DNA of 64,000 nt from assembly GCA_050179755.1 (NCBI GenBank), contig JBFXEV010000001.1, positions 777,994 to 841,993 on the forward strand, read 5' to 3'. Shown in pieces: positions 9,388 through 17,856 of this stretch. This stretch comes from Candidatus Babeliales bacterium. Lineage in GTDB: Bacteria > Babelota > Babeliae > Babelales > JBFXEV01. A program made the translations under genes and the position numbers. The stretch's first letter is position 1. Each line of letters opens with the position of its first letter. Under the pieces are notes generated by a model, which saw only the letters and a program-made list of their open reading frames with translations, ran no database searches and had not been told where the DNA came from.

Positions 9388-11664
9388 ATGAAACGATTAT
9401 TCTTGGCTCTGCTTGTTTGCAGTGCATCACTTAATGTTTTCTGTGCGGGCACTCGCAATTTGATAATGCCAATTGATTGGGGTAAAGAAACTATTGAGAA
9501 TGAATTTAGAAATCAAAAATATACTTTCCCTCATGCTGAATTTGGGCCGCCAACGATGGCACTTATTATGGCCTTAATTGAGCAAGCAGCTCCCATTATT
9601 GTCAGTTCATCAACGTGGAAAAATGCCGTTGCTCGCGCGCAAATTTTTAAAGATGCGGTAAAGGGTGCCAATCTTTCTTACCTCAAGAAGTATCCTCTGT
9701 TTTCTAACCCTGAAAATATAAAAGCTTTTGCACAAGACCTGAGTAATGGTTATGATCCATCTGCTGATTTAATGCTACGAGGTATTGACTTGAAAATAGT
9801 GGATTATTATTACGCATATCAAGTTTTCTTTGCAAATAATCCGGCATTTAAGCCACAAGAATGGATTGTTAAAAAACTTTCGGATTATTTGTATCTATTA
9901 ATACCACTTTCGTATATGCAAGAAGTCCAGGCGCGCCACGATACGCCTGAAACTGTTGAATATGAAAAAGGTAAGCCACAAAGCCCACAATTTAACACGC
10001 CTTTATCAAAACGAGAGCAGCTTATTGGTATGAAATTTGAAAAATTTCCTGATATACCAGCCAAGACATTACTAGATATAAATGCGCATGTGCTGCAGAT
10101 AAACCATGATAATTATAAGATGTTAGTTCCTAAACGTGCATATAATATGGTACAACGTGCTATAGGCTTTAAATGGTTTGATTTGTTAAAAGGATTTTTA
10201 TTCGGTCAGCACGTAATTCATACAGTTTCGCAACTTTTTGTAACGCACACAGATCTTAAGTTTCCGGGTGGCAATAGAGAAAAAACAGATGTAAACGAAA
10301 CTCATTTTTTGCACGAGTGGCTTGTCTATCTTGATGGGCATGGTTCTGTTTCTCAACCAGGCGCTTTGCAGCCCTTTATTGCAGAGCATAAAGGGGGATT
10401 TTCGGCCCAAGTAGGTTATACAGCAGGCCTTGAACAGGGAGCGTTTCGTGAACTGCTTGGTTTTTTTAATAATCGTGTAAATACCGGGTCTTTTTTTTAT
10501 AGTTCATGTTATTCCGGTGGTCCACACTTATTTAAATTTTTTGAACATCATTGGGATTATCCACTCACACAAAAAGTTGGTAAAAAAGTGCAAGTGCAAA
10601 GATATAATATTGCAGTGCCTGATGTTTTTAATTATTTAATCATTGCTGCCAATCAATTTTATACGGTGACGTTTACAGGACTTTTTCACTATTGGTCTGA
10701 TAATAACACACATTATAACAAGCTTCCTTTAAGGGGACACATAAAAATTATTCCATTAGAGCGAATTATACCTCAGGATCGTGAAAGATATAAAGAATAT
10801 TTAAAACAAATGGATAAAATTAGTGGACTTATGTTTAGAGAATACTTTAAAAGCATGGCCCAATTATTGCATCCAGACGTAAGAATGTTTGCCGCACAAA
10901 GGGCCTCAAAGAAACAAAAAGTAGTAAAAATGCCGTCATTAAAAGAAGAGCTTATTAAAACTATTTCTTATGTACATCAATTTGATCTTTCAAAAAATTA
11001 CATGGTTCCTGCTATTCGATTACCATACACTGAATGGTTTGTATCTCTTGGCGATTTAGGAGCACAAATACAATTAGGTTCGCAAGAAACAGAAAAAATA
11101 AGAAAAGAGCGCGAAGAGCGAGAAGCTGCAGCACGTTCTTTACTTCCTAAAATTATACAAAAAGGACTTCCTGCCAAAGTAAAAGAAAGCCTTAAAAAAT
11201 TGCCGCTTGAACAGCAAGGCCACTATATTAAAGACCTTACTGGCAAAGAAAGATTCATGTGGAAAAAACAAGATATAGCTGCGCAAGATGCTGCTGCAAA
11301 AGAAAAAGAACGCAAAGAAAAAGAACGCAAAGAAAAAGAACTTCTTGAGCGCATGCAAAAAATGCGCCAAGAACAAGAAGAGCGTGAAAAGAAAAAACAA
11401 AAGCCACCAATTGTGCCGCAAGTAAAACCGCAAGATAAAGTGCCATTGCAACCATTGCCTACGCAACCCACTATTCAATTGCCAGCGGCACCAACGGGAG
11501 GAAAAACGCCTACTACATTACCAGCCAAGTTGCCTCCACCGCCATTTATGCAAGGGCCAGCGCAGCAGCCGGTTCCCTCAAATTTGCAGCAGGCACTAAA
11601 GCGACTTGAAAGGTCATTGTATTATATGGTTGATGCATTGTTAGTAGATGAAAATGGTAAGTAA
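9388..11664 (+). CDS. Secreted protein with putative caspase-hemoglobinase-fold (clan CD) catalytic dyad, paralog 1
   Basis: Signal peptide; VYLDGHG and YSSCYSGG 56 aa apart; coiled coil and Pro/Gln-rich tail. Confidence 0.65.
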   Translation: MKRLFLALLVCSASLNVFCAGTRNLIMPIDWGKETIENEFRNQKYTFPHAEFGPPTMALIMALIEQAAPIIVSSSTWKNAVARAQIFKDAVKGANLSYLKKYPLFSNPENIKAFAQDLSNGYDPSADLMLRGIDLKIVDYYYAYQVFFANNPAFKPQEWIVKKLSDYLYLLIPLSYMQEVQARHDTPETVEYEKGKPQSPQFNTPLSKREQLIGMKFEKFPDIPAKTLLDINAHVLQINHDNYKMLVPKRAYNMVQRAIGFKWFDLLKGFLFGQHVIHTVSQLFVTHTDLKFPGGNREKTDVNETHFLHEWLVYLDGHGSVSQPGALQPFIAEHKGGFSAQVGYTAGLEQGAFRELLGFFNNRVNTGSFFYSSCYSGGPHLFKFFEHHWDYPLTQKVGKKVQVQRYNIAVPDVFNYLIIAANQFYTVTFTGLFHYWSDNNTHYNKLPLRGHIKIIPLERIIPQDRERYKEYLKQMDKISGLMFREYFKSMAQLLHPDVRMFAAQRASKKQKVVKMPSLKEELIKTISYVHQFDLSKNYMVPAIRLPYTEWFVSLGDLGAQIQLGSQETEKIRKEREEREAAARSLLPKIIQKGLPAKVKESLKKLPLEQQGHYIKDLTGKERFMWKKQDIAAQDAAAKEKERKEKERKEKELLERMQKMRQEQEEREKKKQKPPIVPQVKPQDKVPLQPLPTQPTIQLPAAPTGGKTPTTLPAKLPPPPFMQGPAQQPVPSNLQQALKRLERSLYYMVDALLVDENGK

Positions 11665-11682
11665 AAAAATTATGGAGTAAGT

Positions 11683-13770
11683 ATGAAGAAGTTTATATAT
11701 CTGGGTGTGCTGTGCCTTTTTGCATCACAAGTATATGGTACCGGTTCACGTCACTTAATGCTTATGATGAACTGGATGGATGAAACGCTTAATGATGGTC
11801 AACAATTTGGTGCATTATCACAAGTAACCATATCTGCGCTGGAGCAACAAGCAGGCCCGGTGATTATTACATCGCAAACATGGCGCTCAATTATGGGGCG
11901 GGGAACTGATCGGAAGTACCCTGATTCAGATGTTTCTTATGGTGTATTTTATGGTTCTAATCCTTCATTTAGATTTAATGACTGGATTATAAAAAAACTT
12001 TCAGATTATTTGTATCTTTTTGTGCCCAAAAGTTATCTTAATGCTGTAAAAGCTAAAAAAGATAGTTTCAATCAAGATTTAAACACTGTTACTGCACTCA
12101 CGCAAGTTGATCGTGAACTTGGCATGAAGGTGAGTAAATTTCCTGACATGTCACAAAAGGATTTGTTTAATGTTGGTTATCATAAGGCGTATATTGAGGT
12201 AAAAAATTATAATAATATGATGCGTAAAAATGCTCATACAACCATGCAGCAATTGATTAGCAGTGGTAATGAACATATTGCAGAAATTTATTTTTTCAGC
12301 CAACACGTGCTGTATATGCTTGGCAAATTATTAATTACACGCGCGGATCTTATTTCTAAAATTGATCCACGCAAAAATATTGCGCAATTTAAGGAAGATA
12401 CAGAAAAAAATGAAGCATTACTGCTCCATGAATGGCTTGTGTATCTTGATGGTCATGGCAGCCCTTCCGATACGGGTCAAATACAACCAATTATTATTAA
12501 TAGGCCAGGTTATTATCCAGGCCCAAGTAATATTGGTATAACTGCCGGGCTTGAACATAATAGTTTTCAGCAACTTCTTAAATTTTTTAATGGCAGCGTG
12601 GTAACGGGCGGCATGCTCTATGCAAGCTGCTTTGCTGGTGGGCAACATCTTGCAAAATTGTATGAAAAAGAGTGGGATGCTTTTTTGAGAAATCCTCAAA
12701 AGCAAGTAAAAAAAGATAGCTATAATTATTTGATTTTAACAACAAATATTTGGTATACAGAAACAGCATCAGCGGTGCTTGATTTTGTGAAGTTTCCTGC
12801 TTTTTTTAGTAGCTTACATGGATTTATACATCAATCACTTAAACCCGCAGCAAAAAAATATGTAAAAGGCAAAGCAAAACAACCGGTTAAAAAAGGATCC
12901 ACGTTTGAAGTTACTGCACAACTTGCAGCGATTATTAGAAATGTGAGCGAGTTTGATTTAAAAAAACGTTGGCAAGTGCCGGGCGTGCGCTTTCCTTATA
13001 CAGAATGGTTTGTGGCAATAGATGACCCTACGTTGCCTATTATTTTTGAAAAAAGTAGTAATAGAGTGGTGCAAAGCAAAAAGAAATTTGTGCAAGAAAA
13101 AAAGACTACTGCCTTGCATGAAGCTATTCGCAAAAAGTATGCTGGGCAGCAAATTGCGCAAGAGCTGGCTGATTTGGCAGAACAACGCCGAAAAGAACTT
13201 GAAGCAATTCGCGTAAAAGAAGCCAAAGCAAAAGAAAAAGAATTATATGCGGGCATCATGAAGTTGCAGCAAGTACAAACTGATAAAACATCACAACCTC
13301 CAACTGCTGCGCCAACGCCGCAAAAACCACCAGTTCAAAAACCACCAGTTCAAAAACCACAGGCGCAAAAGCCACAGCAACAAGAATCAGAAGCATTTAT
13401 TCCGGAATCATATAAGCCACAAGCGCAAAAACCACAACCAACTGCAGTATCTGGCAAACTTAAAAATGCTTTATCAGAATTACAAAATGCACTCGGCCAA
13501 CTTGAAAATAAACTCTATTATCAACCAAAACCAACGTATCAGCAACCAACGTATCAGCAACCGGCATATCAACCTCAGTATCAGCCTCAACAAGAACCTG
13601 AATATGAGCAAGAATATGAAGAGGAAGAGCCTCAAGAAGGTGAATATTATGAAGGTGATTATTATTATGAAGATGACTATGAACAAGATGGCGATAACTA
13701 CGGCCAAGGCGATTACTATTATTATGATGATGATGGTTCAGATTCAGAATATGAATACTATTATTACTAA
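11683..13770 (+). CDS. Secreted protein with putative clan CD catalytic dyad, paralog 2
   Basis: Shares WIxKKLSDYLYL, HEWLVYLDGHGS, TAGLE, SCxxGG and RxPYTEWFV with 9388..11664; Tyr/Asp/Glu-rich tail. Confidence 0.65.
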   Translation: MKKFIYLGVLCLFASQVYGTGSRHLMLMMNWMDETLNDGQQFGALSQVTISALEQQAGPVIITSQTWRSIMGRGTDRKYPDSDVSYGVFYGSNPSFRFNDWIIKKLSDYLYLFVPKSYLNAVKAKKDSFNQDLNTVTALTQVDRELGMKVSKFPDMSQKDLFNVGYHKAYIEVKNYNNMMRKNAHTTMQQLISSGNEHIAEIYFFSQHVLYMLGKLLITRADLISKIDPRKNIAQFKEDTEKNEALLLHEWLVYLDGHGSPSDTGQIQPIIINRPGYYPGPSNIGITAGLEHNSFQQLLKFFNGSVVTGGMLYASCFAGGQHLAKLYEKEWDAFLRNPQKQVKKDSYNYLILTTNIWYTETASAVLDFVKFPAFFSSLHGFIHQSLKPAAKKYVKGKAKQPVKKGSTFEVTAQLAAIIRNVSEFDLKKRWQVPGVRFPYTEWFVAIDDPTLPIIFEKSSNRVVQSKKKFVQEKKTTALHEAIRKKYAGQQIAQELADLAEQRRKELEAIRVKEAKAKEKELYAGIMKLQQVQTDKTSQPPTAAPTPQKPPVQKPPVQKPQAQKPQQQESEAFIPESYKPQAQKPQPTAVSGKLKNALSELQNALGQLENKLYYQPKPTYQQPTYQQPAYQPQYQPQQEPEYEQEYEEEEPQEGEYYEGDYYYEDDYEQDGDNYGQGDYYYYDDDGSDSEYEYYYY

Positions 13771-13795
13771 GGTTGGTTTTTTTAAATAAGTAACG

Positions 13796-13828
13796 TAAGG
13801 GGCCTGCAAAAAAGGCCCCTTATCTTTT
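13796..13828 (+). terminator. Rho-independent terminator
   Basis: taaggggcct...aggcccctta stem followed by tcttttt. Confidence 0.8.
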
Positions 13829-13836
13829 TATTCGGC

Positions 13837-13895
13837 CGTGCCTCGATACTTTTTACTCGCCTTAAAAGGCATCGTAAAACACTCGGCATGAGCGG
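13837..13895. repeat. REP-like palindrome (gtgcctcgatac...actcggcatgagcgg)
   Basis: Nested imperfect hairpin in the intergenic region; single copy in window. Confidence 0.45.
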
Positions 13896-14109
13896 TAGTT
13901 AATATTTTTCTTAAATTTTGTAGCAAATATATAAGGCAACGTATAGCTAGGGAGAGCGAAATGAATACTCTTTTAAAAAAGGACGTATTGTATAAATTAT
14001 ATAATTTCCCTGCATTGCAGAATAAACCCTTGCTTTTTCCTCTATAAAAATGCTATTTTGAAATTAAAGGGCTATGATGCCCTTGGTAAAAGCTTTTATG
14101 GGGAACGTT

Positions 14110-15963
14110 ATGAATTACAAATCACTCGTATTTTCATGTCTTGTTTTACTATGCTTAGGCCTTGCAGTGCGCAAGATCCGTAGCATGGAAGAAGTAATAA
14201 TGCCACAAGAAGCAGTAGAGCAAGCAGCAAGCTCAGCAGTACCGCCGCTCGCGCAACTTGCCATTCAGTCTGCAGTTGACCATATTTTTTCTACTGCAAA
14301 AACAATACAAGATATCCATGCTTTGGTGTTGCAATTACCTTATGCAGTGCAAGTGCCATTAGCTCTTGCCCTTGTGCAAGATGATCGTTATACAGGAACT
14401 GCTTTTAATAAACTGCAACTTGCGTATCACGTAAGTAAAGAAGATCAATATATACAGCGTGATCAGCTTGATGCGCTTTTTAATGAAGTGGTTAAAGGCA
14501 TTAACCCTTGCGATTTTGTATATAAAAAATTTGAAGAATTATTACCGGGCTATGACCCAAGCGTAGTTACCTTACGTGATGAACGTTTAATTAAAGCAAT
14601 TTTGCGCAAACCAGACTTACGTCTTGCCGATGTGCATCTTAAGCAACCAATGCTAACTATTCAGCCCATGCCCCAAGGTGCGTATAATGAAGAAATAAGC
14701 CCCGATGGTTCAATGTTTGCCTTTAGTATGGAAAATAATACGTTGGTTGTATGGAACATACAGGAGAATAAACCAGTATCTGTGATTAAACTGCCAGATA
14801 GTTTTGCGTTTGATGCGCCAAAGGCATGGTCGCCAGATTCAAGCATATTAGCTCTTGCTGATAATAGAGGTAACGTTTATTTTTGGCATCTTGGTGCGCA
14901 TGCGCAGCCGACAGTGCGTTTGAAAGTAACGGGTATGCATCCTCAATTTCATAATGATAATGAGCCTGATGAAGATGATCCCTATATTGCCAATTTTTTA
15001 AAATTATCTCCAGAAGATAGAACACTTATAAATGAGCTTGAGCCTATTAATTGGGTAGATGCTGAGCGTAACGTTGCATTAGTCTATACGCGGCAACCTG
15101 AACAAAAAAGAGGAATAACCTGGTTTATTAAAAGAGATTTGAATATTCGGCCACAACACTTTAAAGCTGATGACCAGCACGCGTTATACAGTATGTCATT
15201 TAGCCCAGATGGTTACTTTTTGGCAACAGTTTCTGATCTTGGCCGCGTGCGTGTATGGGATGTAAGAAATCTTCTCTATGGAGAGCAAGAAGTGTTAGAG
15301 CCTATGCCACCTTTATTTGATCATGAGTTTGGAGGGCGAACGCCAGTGGCGGTAGTATTAAGCCAAAATGCCAAAAGGCTTGCGATAGCACCGATCCAAA
15401 ATGAAATACACGTATATGATGTGCAAGAAGGCAAACTTATTGCGCGTGCTATGACAGATTCATTTGATACAGGGTATGTGGGCCTTGGTGCGCATGCACT
15501 AGCATTAAGTGCCGATGGCAAATATGTTGCTTTTACTGGCGAGGGTTACTACCATTTGTTTGATATTGATGAACAAGCATCTGTTTTATATTTTGACCGA
15601 GGGCATATAAGCCCTACGCAAGTATTTAGCCCCGGCCAGTCATTTAAGGGGGATGGTGGTTTTGTAGCGTGTGGATTAGAGAAAGAGCATCCATTAGTCG
15701 TTTACGGTATGCGATCGCGTGGTAATTTAAACGTGAAATTTCCATTTAAAAATGAGTTTGATGCACCTTCAGTGTTTAGCGGTGATGGCACGTACTTTGT
15801 GTCGCGAGGCCTTGAAAATTATAACATATGGCAATTGCCAGTGAACTATTTAAAAGGAAATCTAACATGGCAACAATTGCGGGACGTGCTTGCGCGCGCT
15901 TGCTTACAAGTTATGCCGGCAATGCCGGCACATGGTGCGCATGTTGAGCAAGGGAGGAACTAA
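14110..15963 (+). CDS. Secreted WD40/beta-propeller protein (start likely MNYKSL at 14110)
   Basis: ISPDGS..VVWNI, WSPDSSILALAD..YFW, FSPDGYFLAT..RVWDV, LSADGKYVA repeats. Confidence 0.88.
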   Translation: MNYKSLVFSCLVLLCLGLAVRKIRSMEEVIMPQEAVEQAASSAVPPLAQLAIQSAVDHIFSTAKTIQDIHALVLQLPYAVQVPLALALVQDDRYTGTAFNKLQLAYHVSKEDQYIQRDQLDALFNEVVKGINPCDFVYKKFEELLPGYDPSVVTLRDERLIKAILRKPDLRLADVHLKQPMLTIQPMPQGAYNEEISPDGSMFAFSMENNTLVVWNIQENKPVSVIKLPDSFAFDAPKAWSPDSSILALADNRGNVYFWHLGAHAQPTVRLKVTGMHPQFHNDNEPDEDDPYIANFLKLSPEDRTLINELEPINWVDAERNVALVYTRQPEQKRGITWFIKRDLNIRPQHFKADDQHALYSMSFSPDGYFLATVSDLGRVRVWDVRNLLYGEQEVLEPMPPLFDHEFGGRTPVAVVLSQNAKRLAIAPIQNEIHVYDVQEGKLIARAMTDSFDTGYVGLGAHALALSADGKYVAFTGEGYYHLFDIDEQASVLYFDRGHISPTQVFSPGQSFKGDGGFVACGLEKEHPLVVYGMRSRGNLNVKFPFKNEFDAPSVFSGDGTYFVSRGLENYNIWQLPVNYLKGNLTWQQLRDVLARACLQVMPAMPAHGAHVEQGRN

Positions 15964-16334
15964 TGAAAAAGAGTTTATACATGGTGCTTGCAGCTTTGAT
16001 CGTGGTGAAAACTGCATATGCAGCGCAGCCTACACGCATTCAAGTGCATACGCAAGAAGAAATTGATAAGTACGTGCAAGCAAATCCAGTGGTGTTTTTA
16101 TTAGTTTCTGCAAAATGGTGCCCACATTGCAGAGCGTTGCAACCAGTGGTTGATAAACTATCACAAGAATTAAAAAATATATTGTTTCTGGATATTGATT
16201 CAGAAAATAAGTCACTTGCACGTAAATATGCACCACAGGTATTTCCAACGATGCAGATTTATAAAAATGGGGAAGTGACCGAGACTATTGAAGGAACGCG
16301 ATCTCACGATCAATTAAGAGATTTAATGAAGTAA
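15963..16334 (+). CDS. Exported thioredoxin-family protein (WCPHC)
   Basis: Signal peptide AYA; WCPHC; FPT cis-Pro. Confidence 0.9.
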   Translation: MKKSLYMVLAALIVVKTAYAAQPTRIQVHTQEEIDKYVQANPVVFLLVSAKWCPHCRALQPVVDKLSQELKNILFLDIDSENKSLARKYAPQVFPTMQIYKNGEVTETIEGTRSHDQLRDLMK

Positions 16335-16362
16335 AAGTTGTAAAACATAAAAAGGAGATAGT

Positions 16363-16725
16363 ATGAAAAAGTTTATTTTGGCAGTAATAGTAGTTTTAGG
16401 TGCGCAGTCAAACATGCAAGCTGCATATAGTGAAGTTTCTTCAGCAGCAGATTTGAATTCTGCATTGCGCGGTGATAAATCTATTGTAATGTTTGGTTCT
16501 AACTCATGCCCACATTGCAGGCAAATGAAACCTCTCTTTACGCAAGCTGCACAGGGCAGCACTGCAACATTTATTTTTGTAGATACCAATAGATTATCAT
16601 CTGTTGCTGATCAATACGGTATTCGTGGCATACCCACTTTTAAATTATTTAAAAATGGCAGTGCTGTGGGTTCTCGCACAGGCAGCATGAGCAAAGCTGA
16701 ATTGACAAGTTTTGTAAATCAGTAA
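16363..16725 (+). CDS. Exported thioredoxin-family protein (SCPHC)
   Basis: Signal peptide; CPHC; YGIRGIPTF. Confidence 0.9.
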   Translation: MKKFILAVIVVLGAQSNMQAAYSEVSSAADLNSALRGDKSIVMFGSNSCPHCRQMKPLFTQAAQGSTATFIFVDTNRLSSVADQYGIRGIPTFKLFKNGSAVGSRTGSMSKAELTSFVNQ

Positions 16726-16735
16726 ACGGAATAGC

Positions 16736-17110
16736 ATGAAAAAATTTGTAATAATTGCACTCATTACCGTAGCAATATTTGGCCAACCAGCGCAAGCTGC
16801 AGGGGTTATGGAACCTAAAACAATGCAAGAATTTAGATCGCAAGTGGGTTTTGGCAAGGTAGCAATATTTTTGGGTACCATGGGCTGCCGACATTGCCGT
16901 GCTTTCTTGCCAAAATTTAGAGAGGCAGCTGCAGCAAATAATAATACAAAGTTTATTTTTGTAGAACTTGCAAGCCCACAGCTATCTGATTTATCTCATG
17001 AATATCGCACGCAAAGTCCAACGCTTGTAGTGCTTAAAAATGGCACTGAAGTAAGGAGAGTGCCAGCGACTGATTTAAATAAACAATCTTTACAAGCAGC
17101 GATTCAGTAA
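16736..17110 (+). CDS. Exported thioredoxin-family protein (GCRHC)
   Basis: Signal peptide AQA; CRHC; SPTLVVLKNG. Confidence 0.85.
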   Translation: MKKFVIIALITVAIFGQPAQAAGVMEPKTMQEFRSQVGFGKVAIFLGTMGCRHCRAFLPKFREAAAANNNTKFIFVELASPQLSDLSHEYRTQSPTLVVLKNGTEVRRVPATDLNKQSLQAAIQ

Positions 17111-17131
17111 TAAATTATAAAGGAATATACT

Positions 17132-17794
17132 ATGAAAAAATTATTATTAATGGCAGCAACATTATTGTTTGTACAAACAGTGGATCTTGTTGCAATGGAA
17201 AAAATAAAGCAATTAGTGGCAGTTAAAGGCAATCGTGCTGACATTAAATCGGTAAAGGAATTTGAAAATATTCTTCGTACTAATGATTCTGTGGTATTGC
17301 TTGTTTCAACGACCTGGTGTGGGCCTTGTAAAAAGGTAAAGCCGATTATTGAAGAGCTTACACGTGACTTGCCAAATGTTATGTTTGTGCATATTGATGG
17401 TGATAATCAAGATCTTTCATCATTAGTTGAAAAATACGCATCGCAAGGTTTTCCAACAATTAAATTTTTCAAAAAAGCACAAGAAGTTCAAGAAGTTATA
17501 GGGGCAGAAACAAAAGAGAAGTTGCGAAGCATAATTCAGCAAAAATTAGCTGGCGGCACGCAAGCTGTTGTAACAAAAAAACCAATCACTGCCGCGCAAC
17601 CAAAACAACAGGTGATAGCAAAACCGCATCCCGTTATAGTCAAGCCTGCGGCAGTTGCTGTTAAACCAAAAGCTCCAACACTGCCTGCAAGTTATGGAAA
17701 AGCGCCAATGTATACATATTCAGAAGATGAATCTTCATCTGGTTATTCATCTGAAGGTGAAAGTTCATCAGGATATTCTTCGAGCGAAGAATAA
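17132..17794 (+). CDS. Exported thioredoxin (WCGPC) with Pro/Lys linker and Ser/acidic tail
   Basis: Signal peptide then MEK; WCGPC; GFPT; tail with two ESSSGYSS units. Confidence 0.9.
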   Translation: MKKLLLMAATLLFVQTVDLVAMEKIKQLVAVKGNRADIKSVKEFENILRTNDSVVLLVSTTWCGPCKKVKPIIEELTRDLPNVMFVHIDGDNQDLSSLVEKYASQGFPTIKFFKKAQEVQEVIGAETKEKLRSIIQQKLAGGTQAVVTKKPITAAQPKQQVIAKPHPVIVKPAAVAVKPKAPTLPASYGKAPMYTYSEDESSSGYSSEGESSSGYSSSEE

Positions 17795-17819
17795 TATATT
17801 TTTTAATAAAAATAGATGA

Positions 17820-17843
17820 GAAGGGCCGCACATGCGGCCCTTT
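17820..17843. terminator. Terminator hairpin between convergent trx cluster and GMC-1
   Basis: aagggccgca-ca-tgcggccctt; near-identical hairpin at 24994-25018. Confidence 0.8.
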
Positions 17844-17856
17844 GTTATAATGTGAT

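Noticed and set aside
11298..13563. Short tandem DNA repeats (aaagaaaaagaacgc, caaaaaccaccagtt, ccaacgtatcagcaa)
   Set aside because: In-frame low-complexity protein repeats of 2-3 copies, not an independent element.
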